From Neophaeotheca triangularis (Eukaryota), in contig BAAIJX010000012.1 in NCBI GenBank assembly GCA_054600435.1, positions 1 to 64,000 of the forward strand: DNA of 64,000 bases. The letters are read 5' to 3'. Position numbers and translations under genes: made by a program. The notes beneath the pieces were generated by a model that did no database searches, was not told the origin of the DNA, and saw nothing but the letters and a program-made list of their open reading frames with translations. The number at the start of each line of letters is the position of its first letter. The first letter of the stretch is position 1. Of this stretch, positions 57,901 through 64,000 are shown piece by piece.

Positions 57901-58234
57901 GGACCTCTTTCTCCAGTGCTCTCATGTAGCTGCCATGGACCCAAATCTGCCGCATTTCGACATCCGCTTGGACGGTTGGCTGCTCTTCCACCGATCTTGC
58001 CGTTGTCCAGGCGTGGCGTGGCATACTGGTAAAGCCTGCGGTTGGATCTCCAGCAAGGAAGACTGTTGGATAGGATAACGCAGATCCGATGGCGACTGCT
58101 GCCAACATGGCCAAGAGCCAGTGCTGGGCTGTGATTTTGCCATGTCTGTAGAAAGCTCGTCGGATCGGATGGCTAGCGGACAAGCGTGGAGGCTCTCGCG
58201 TGCCCCTTAATGGGGAAAGCAAAAACCATAGCAT
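54902..58234 (-). CDS. SCP1: SREBP cleavage-activating protein (SCAP/Scp1): sterol-sensing domain plus degenerate WD40 region
   Basis: AFYRHGK..A N-terminus; SSD (SRAGLVVTA..YPFVVLVIGIENMFRLINAV..AAFCAFAAIA..FFVAVLMVDIRRLELQD, MELADL-like); HRLDIV..VSVGLDR WD start. Confidence 0.87.
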   Translation of the reverse strand: MLWFLLSPLRGTREPPRLSASHPIRRAFYRHGKITAQHWLLAMLAAVAIGSALSYPTVFLAGDPTAGFTSMPRHAWTTARSVEEQPTVQADVEMRQIWVHGSYMRALEKEVLQSALTIQQTLVGGEKLTTIFPTLSDKLRSGSLPWGYHSPLMYWNNSGQAIEDDVDILRTINDQAKSASSLNVGLRPASVFAGKSFDNRRLQAADALVITLVNKFEDNVGIKWQDKMHSLAGNACPNCTVYPPNGQVSRSRLYQFSFTPLSFRENVAFACAYGFMALYVLMSLRRIKAFHSRAGLVVTAITQITTSILASFTICGILKINLASVPRNAYPFVVLVIGIENMFRLINAVLAYPPTTATDLRIANALGDVGPLSVATAAQNLALLWFLSRVVSPGVAAFCAFAAIATVFDSFFLLTFFVAVLMVDIRRLELQDSLHRTNARSRPRRASPSQRTWFDALVHGGLPVSTRMAGTVVTTTFVISLNYHFFEYKNDTTTLRQVFGLFKSGGGSIDQLDTFAPPPPMNATLTPGEWMRMQDFDTAREVMRLVKPGAHSFIIRVFSPLIVVLSDSDRTGNHDGRAEWIEALRSFALHHLYPSAVAVVFVVAFVAVLMNFLLYTAVPDDDALDDERNRQRLSADTISLPHRLDIVDMACGSNECIVSVGLDRSIVVTRFDRSRDAYLTHSIPFEALRDQAWPPHKFVADASGEQLAIHWADDAVSVSESAAGYTDRHHVQYPDDNPSLVFDFARLATSEGTCNFFVCLTSGGRLALFNIGSRATDEFRISHVPLLGAALVEPARQGQRLVTINENAVLSAHTLDGSYWSLQQEKPMPLDLPDGSLQGAVSIKPYRATDCEFLVIAHGSQILFVDARSFAVLSKMDHGNAIDLARGGVVVGEVSRCAICRSPSLRSFAYLAEGLLNKECILVNASARSGDAEASLCLKPGAKQCQTPDKATATQNKLPDAGTWRLLESGIVLGLRKRKTEISREELANRAAAARQPRHRRHDRAHSRRHDESPEVWEGYSFSTTGEFKSVEVEASSSEASDAATDDALYVNSAGPIVSLDAHSVAVAFGNVVRVIKTTRRGSVSRVADDGALEKHSSVVARKRLQRKAQ

Positions 58235-58559
58235 ATCGCGTACAGGGGCTTTTGTCTAGGCCGACGCTTGGATGCTCAGGTCATGTTGTACAGAATCGAT
58301 CCCTTTAGGAGCGGTTTGGAGCTGTCTTGACAAGGTAGATCTGCAACGGTCAATATCAATCGTGACCAAGCGAGCCGGGGCAGTTGTTAGCAGTCTTGCA
58401 GAAACTATTGTATGTATCTCCACAAAGTCGAGTTGCTAATAATTGTAGTCGATCAGCCCATGTGCATAACAATTTTGGGTTGCGTAGTGGATGTTGGTAG
58501 GGCAGAAGCTGCAGACGGTCGGTTGTCTCGGTAAGAGACAGATCTAGCCGACCTCGCAC

Positions 58560-58880
58560 GTGATATAGACCCTACGCAGTGTCTAGTTCGAGCGAACAGC
58601 TTGTAGGGTTAGGGCATTAGGATAGCGAAGGTCACTCTTCAAGTTCTCAAGTTCTAACTACTAGCTAGGATTAGGTGATTGGTAGATTACGCAGTTAGGA
58701 AGGATTAGAGGGTTAGGAGTTTAGGAAGATTAAGGGTCGAGTGCTAGCGGCGACCTATAGCGATGCTATTTAGTACCAAAGCCCTTCAAGATATCTAATT
58801 CTAGTTAGATTATTAGGGATAGTTAATATTCGCTAGCGTTCGAACTAGTACGACAGCGTAGTTGAACCACTACTACGTAG
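58560..58880. mobile_element. Short, degenerate TpA-rich repeat relic, probably RIP-mutated
   Basis: Dense TAG/CTA/TTAG with scarce CA/TG dinucleotides relative to the flanks; no ORF; family not identifiable. Confidence 0.4.
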
Positions 58881-59298
58881 AGGGGCGAACATTCACCATG
58901 ACCCTACGAGCTGTTCGGGACATAGCGAGGCTGGCTTATTAGGGGGCTGAGAACCGTTATAATTTACCGTATAAGAGGCATGAATTCGATGAAGAGTCTG
59001 TCCTCGCGTGTCGCTACTGCAAGCATTGATACTCGGTCAAAGCCATCTAGTAAAACCAAACATCTGCAGCGATAAGTGAAAAATCAAATCGGCCGGCCAA
59101 TACCTATCCTCTCTTCTCAGAAATCCACATGTCCATCGTCAATCAAATTCTCATCAACAATCATGAACCCCGGGGCCACCAAAAGACCCCACAAAGACCA
59201 TCGGGAATCTTGCCACAGACCCATCATTTTCAATCTCCCTGAACTCCAACGTCTGTAATCCTGCCATCTCCGTCCGTGTAATATCTAACCAGTGTCAC

Positions 59299-62115
59299 TC
59301 ACTCCACCCCCTCCTCCACCCCTACAAACCCCCTCCCCGGACTCCCAATGCCCTGCTCACTGACACCCCGGCCCGATGCCCCGAAACCAAACCCTAACCC
59401 ACCGCCTTCATCCTTCATCCCAACCATCCAATCCGTCTCCATAGTAAACCCGCTGCTTTCGCCCTGCATGGCTGCGAAAGCATCGCCCTCGAGGCTGAAC
59501 ATTTCGCCCGCGGCTTCGAGGTTGATGAGGCTGTCGAAGTCGGCTGTGGGGTCCGATGGATTGAAATGGGGGAATTGGTTGTTGGGGTTGGAGTGGTGGC
59601 TGTTGTCATTGTTGGGCTCCGAGGTGCTGGGAAAGAGGGTTGGCGGGTAGGTTAACTGGTGCTGGGGGTCTTGGTGGGTCTGTAGGTAGGGGTGGATGTT
59701 GGGGTCGTGTTGGTGTTGGTGCGTCGTGTGTAGGCCACCTGAGGCGTCCCCGTTATAGTTGTGGCTGTTGTGCGTGAGATGCGGGTGGATTCCTGGGTTG
59801 CTGTCATCGGAGTCCGGGGGCGTCGAGGCTAGGTAGCCTTGCAGGTGGCGCGCGAGGTGCGTGTCCGGGTCGTCGGGGGTTTGGTGCGGAATGCTGAAGT
59901 GGGCGTGATCGCTGTCCGGGGGTGGTGTCAGCGCCGCTGGGTCCGGCATGCGTGCTGCTGGCGGTATGAGATCCATCCGGCGTCCGGCTTCTACGAGCCC
60001 TTGGGTGGAGGTTATGAAGTTGCGCGGTTGCCCCTTGAGCTCGGGCTTTTGGGGCAGAGTGATTTCGGCTTTGCGGATCGCGGCTTCGAGGAAGGCGGTG
60101 CTGTAGTCGGCTGCGGCGTAGATGTCGCGGAGCTGGGACATGATTTGCATGCACTGGCAGAAGCCTTGGAGACTGACACGGCGGGTGGATTCTTCTGGCG
60201 CCTTGATGTCAAGCAAATGGATGATGATGGCGGGCAGGAGCACGGTTATGCCAGTCGTAGGGAGGAAGCGAACGAGGTTGAGGTTGTAGAGGGTGTTTGC
60301 CAAACTCGTAATCTCGCCCGCTGCCAGACGCACGGCTTTACGTGAGATTTCGAGTATGTCGGTCTTCGTACTCCGTGGCACTCCGCCGGACGATGGCAAA
60401 ACCTGCGGCCTGTGCAAGGCGGATAACGTGGCGTAATAGACCATGTGCAGCAAGGAGCGGTTGAGTATCAAATCCCCATTGCCAGCCTTGACGTCCGTCG
60501 CTGTTGGCGTGACGTACTGCGCCTCAGGTGCGAGCTCCTCTTTCCATTTCTGCAGCTGATCGTTGCACATTTGCACCTCGTCGATTTCAGGCTCTAGCTT
60601 CTTAGCCACCAACATCATCGTTGTCCGTGTGCTTCCCTCCTCATTCAATACGCCGTGGTTGTTGTGCAGCACCGAGTACTGCACGGAAAGCACGTCACTA
60701 ACGCATATGCAGAGCTTCGCCTTTTCAACACACATGACCGCCGACTGTCGTTGCTTCTCAGCGTCGCGCATGATTGTGCAGCTGGCCGGGATACAAGACG
60801 GCCCATCGGGCAATACAGTCGTTTCGAAATCGTCCTCTGTAAGCATGGGCACATCGAAATCCTTGTTCTTAATCTTCGTAGGTCTGCGCATGCCGAGCGC
60901 AATCAGGCGGTCTCGCATATATGTGGACCACCATATGCGTTTCCAAAGGCTCTGCCTTGCCGGGTCCATGGACGATTTGGTCGGGTCTCGATGTAAGCCG
61001 ATAGTGTGCGAGAGGGAGACGGCGATGCCCATCCAATGGTGGCTATCCTTCTGATCGTCTGGCGTCTCGTACCAGTAAGTCATGAGTAGCAGCGATTGAA
61101 TGAGCGGGATGCGATCAATCTCGTAATCGAAATCGTAGAGCAGACGGGCCTTTTGAAAAAAATCTCGTCTCGCGTCCCTTCTGCCGTTGTACCCTACAGC
61201 TTTCAAGTACTTGACGTCGACCGTTGCAATGCCCGCGAACATGATGGCCTGGAACAGCAGCAGACTGATTTGGTTGTCTGCGCCATTGCTGTCTATAATA
61301 GCCACAATGTCGTGAAGATTCAGCAAAGGCATGAAAGGATGCACAAACTCGGCGTAGCAACCTAAGAGCTGATCTCGAAGCGGCTGTGCTGGTACTGTCA
61401 GAGCGCCCTTGCGCTCGAGATAGCTCATGTCGTCCGCTCCGAATTTGGTCGGCAATGGTCTGATGAAAGCTGGCAAAACGGGAGCGGTCGACATGGGGGA
61501 CATGGCATTGTTCAATATGGGAGCTGTTTCTGGGATGACGCTGCCTCTTTGGCTCATTTGGCGCATGTTCATAAGCATGTTTGGGTTGAAGAGAGAAGCT
61601 CTCCGCTGAGCATCCGCCATGTCCTTGCCGAGATCTTGGTAAAGAGTGTGAGGCACGTGGTCACCGGTTTTCTTGACGGGCTCGTATGGCGGCTGGGCTG
61701 CGGCGGGGAACAGAGTCCCATTCGACGACTTGTAGGTCTGGCCGTCGCTCTTCGGAGGCGACGTACTCGAACCGTTTCCCGTCCATTTCTTCTTGCGCTT
61801 GCTCTCGGACACGATGCATTCCACCTCATCCAGCCTGCAATTGGTGCAGGGCGGGCCATGTTCAATCACATTGCATCGCACTTTGCGAGACCTGCAGCAT
61901 TGGCAAGCTTTGGAGGCTCTCCGCTTCACGCTCTTGCCGGGCCTGCCGTTGGGTTTTAAACCAGCATCTGCGGCTGATCGTTTAGGTCCTACAGCTTGGG
62001 TTTGAGGTAGCTGCACTAGTGTTGCTACGTTCTCTTCCGGGGGTGATGAGGACGACTCGGAAGCTTCGTATTTGTCCTCCATGTTGGTAAAGCTTTCGCT
62101 AGCGACGGACCCCAT
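59299..62115 (-). CDS. farB: Zn(II)2Cys6 transcription factor, FarB/cutinase transcription factor 1-beta-like
   Basis: KRRASKACQCCRSRKVRCNV..PCTNCRLDEVEC; fungal TF middle domain (YAEFVHPFMP, RLLYDFDYE, QSLLLMTYWYETPDDQKD, WKRIWWS..RDR); single exon. Confidence 0.85.
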   Translation of the reverse strand: MGSVASESFTNMEDKYEASESSSSPPEENVATLVQLPQTQAVGPKRSAADAGLKPNGRPGKSVKRRASKACQCCRSRKVRCNVIEHGPPCTNCRLDEVECIVSESKRKKKWTGNGSSTSPPKSDGQTYKSSNGTLFPAAAQPPYEPVKKTGDHVPHTLYQDLGKDMADAQRRASLFNPNMLMNMRQMSQRGSVIPETAPILNNAMSPMSTAPVLPAFIRPLPTKFGADDMSYLERKGALTVPAQPLRDQLLGCYAEFVHPFMPLLNLHDIVAIIDSNGADNQISLLLFQAIMFAGIATVDVKYLKAVGYNGRRDARRDFFQKARLLYDFDYEIDRIPLIQSLLLMTYWYETPDDQKDSHHWMGIAVSLSHTIGLHRDPTKSSMDPARQSLWKRIWWSTYMRDRLIALGMRRPTKIKNKDFDVPMLTEDDFETTVLPDGPSCIPASCTIMRDAEKQRQSAVMCVEKAKLCICVSDVLSVQYSVLHNNHGVLNEEGSTRTTMMLVAKKLEPEIDEVQMCNDQLQKWKEELAPEAQYVTPTATDVKAGNGDLILNRSLLHMVYYATLSALHRPQVLPSSGGVPRSTKTDILEISRKAVRLAAGEITSLANTLYNLNLVRFLPTTGITVLLPAIIIHLLDIKAPEESTRRVSLQGFCQCMQIMSQLRDIYAAADYSTAFLEAAIRKAEITLPQKPELKGQPRNFITSTQGLVEAGRRMDLIPPAARMPDPAALTPPPDSDHAHFSIPHQTPDDPDTHLARHLQGYLASTPPDSDDSNPGIHPHLTHNSHNYNGDASGGLHTTHQHQHDPNIHPYLQTHQDPQHQLTYPPTLFPSTSEPNNDNSHHSNPNNQFPHFNPSDPTADFDSLINLEAAGEMFSLEGDAFAAMQGESSGFTMETDWMVGMKDEGGGLGFGFGASGRGVSEQGIGSPGRGFVGVEEGVE

Positions 62116-64000
62116 GATGGCCGCAATCTCCGCGAAATCCTTTTGCGGGGGAGAAGAGGGAGAGCGAAGTCAAGTGTTATTGGCAATTTGGGTAGAGGGA
62201 GAGAAAGATAAGGTCGGGGGAGTAGTGGCTAGACCAGAGGAAAGGGAAGCGAAGCAAAACGAAACGAAACAGCAAAGGGCAGCGCGCGATGCCAGGCGGG
62301 TCTACCTCTCGTTATACACGGAAGTTCCCCACGACGAAGACAACGACGACGACGACGACGACGACATATGTAAGTGCCTACTACTAATGAGAGTTGTGTA
62401 CAGTAATCCAAGGGACGAGTTATCTCCGGCTGGTGACTACTAGACACTTATTATTATTACTACTAGGGTCCCCACCACTGCGCACACGCCTTCAGGTCGC
62501 CTAGCTTTCCAAATTGGACGTGCCAACCTGGAATGTGGATAATGATGGGGGGGGGGGGGAAGAAGGTCATCCACTGACATGCGGCGTCACATGCCTCGCT
62601 CCAATAATCCAACCTGGAACTCACCTGCACCTGGCACCTGGGCACTCGGCTTACCTACGCGGGGAGTGGGGGTTAGTTACTAGTAGGCTAGGTAGGTAGG
62701 TAAGGTACCTAGTGACTAGTGAGCCTGCAGGTACCACGAGGCAGTAGATGGCCCCTCCATGCCTCCATGCCCTCCCGCTCCCCTCCATAGCACAACCTTG
62801 GCTAAATCGTTCTGTTTAGCGGGGAAACAGAAGTGATGGTGTGCAGGCAGCTACCTACCTAGGTACCGCTCGCTGTACGTACCGTGTACAAGTTAGCTAT
62901 CCCGGCAAAGTGTCAGGTGTCGATTGGACGGCAACTTTATCATTATGATTTGAATAATCATTCAAACAGGTGCCGCAGAGTTTAACGGTACCCGTCTGCT
63001 TTGTAATTTGCTTCAGCTGGAGAAGTCCGCATCGTGTCGCCAGATTATTGACAACTCACACATTATTGGCGAGAAGGTGGAGAAAGTGACCTTGTTTACG
63101 CCCGCAAAAACGGTGGGCTGTAGGGGTTGCCCGCTTAGTGGGTTGGCTGGCGGGTGGGTTTTGATGTGGGACAGCTGGGGAAAAAGCTGGCAGATGGTCG
63201 CTTGTAGCGCCTTGATTGGGAGTCTGCGCCGCTCTCGCTGAGTCGTTTCCCAAGCCGTTCTAGTCCTAACCGCCGAGACGTATCGACATCTTCTCTCGAG
63301 TACTACTATTCAAGCACTTATAAGTGAGTCGAGTCGAGCCTCGTGTTTCCGTTTAGAGGTGGGTAGAGAGAGGTAGCCGAGGTTAGAGTTCGCTGTCGCA
63401 TTGGTCCATGGCGAAGTATACCATACCTACTACTGTATCGTCCGACGTATCGACCTTGTTCATCATCAGTAGTAGCATCCAATCACATGTACCGTTCGCG
63501 CCTTGCTGCACGGCTCATCCATCATCTCTTGATCTCCCTCCTGTCCGCCTTATACATAATAATGCGGCGCAGTGCACAGATGATGAGGACGAGCATAAGT
63601 CGGAAGCGTGATTTGATGGTGGCTTTTTCAGCGACGCCTCGGAGATTCGCCAGCAGTGGTACTTCTACTTCTTCCTAAAACCATCCTCACCCTCACTCTT
63701 TCTCGAGTAATGCCGGACTTCCCGCTGCCGCTACAGTAGGTACCTAGTCTACTTTTGAGGTGGCCGATGGAGAGCCCCAGAAAGACGTCCGACCCCGGAC
63801 CTCCGATCGCCACGGGCGAAAGGGCGGGCGCGACTAAGGTTGACTTCCATCTACCTCCTAGCGGGCTCGAGTGACATTGCCGGCTTGGCTTGCCGTCTCC
63901 TCCATACAGTAGTAGCATACACTTTCGAGTGCGAACCAGGCCACGGTTTAGTAGTTATTATCCGACAGCTCCGGCCTCCAGATCGATGGTGCCGGAGTGA

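Noticed and set aside
58603..58730. TAGGGTTAGGG and TTAGG words as interstitial telomere or telomerase RNA template
   Set aside because: Fewer than two full repeats, embedded in TpA-rich degenerate sequence; no other telomerase RNA features recognisable.

Overview
Eukaryotic nuclear DNA from a filamentous ascomycete (Pezizomycotina; a Dothideomycete is plausible but cannot be shown from this window). It has short (mostly 50-80 nt) GT-AG introns with RCTRAY branch sites and many microsatellites. About 23 protein-coding genes are supported, mostly housekeeping: PSF1, CLC transporter, ethanolamine kinase, RRP42, IME2-family kinase, CHORD/CS protein, HpcH aldolase, DNA polymerase lambda, two Zn2Cys6 factors (one FarB/CTF1-beta-like), a divergent sirtuin, VPS37, SGM1/TMF1, NIT2, a UBE2S-like E2, an aldo-keto reductase, a GPI wall protein and SCAP. 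The most interesting signal is non-coding and absent from the ORF track. (1) A structurally intact Pol III-type tRNA-Ser(AGA) gene (40328-40461, minus) is interrupted in its anticodon stem by a 53-nt intron with spliceosomal hallmarks (GTCGGT...GCTGAC...CAG), not a canonical 37/38 tRNA intron. (2) About 3 kb away, a non-coding host gene (about 43.2-45.0 kb, plus) carries six intronic box C/D snoRNAs (U45-like, snR41, snR70, snR51, one unassigned, U24-like). It has two zero-length-exon AG|GT junctions and a 56-nt spliceosomal intron nested inside snR51 itself. All exon/intron coordinates were parsed by hand. rRNA target sequences and numbering were recalled from memory (S. cerevisiae/human) and need confirmation.
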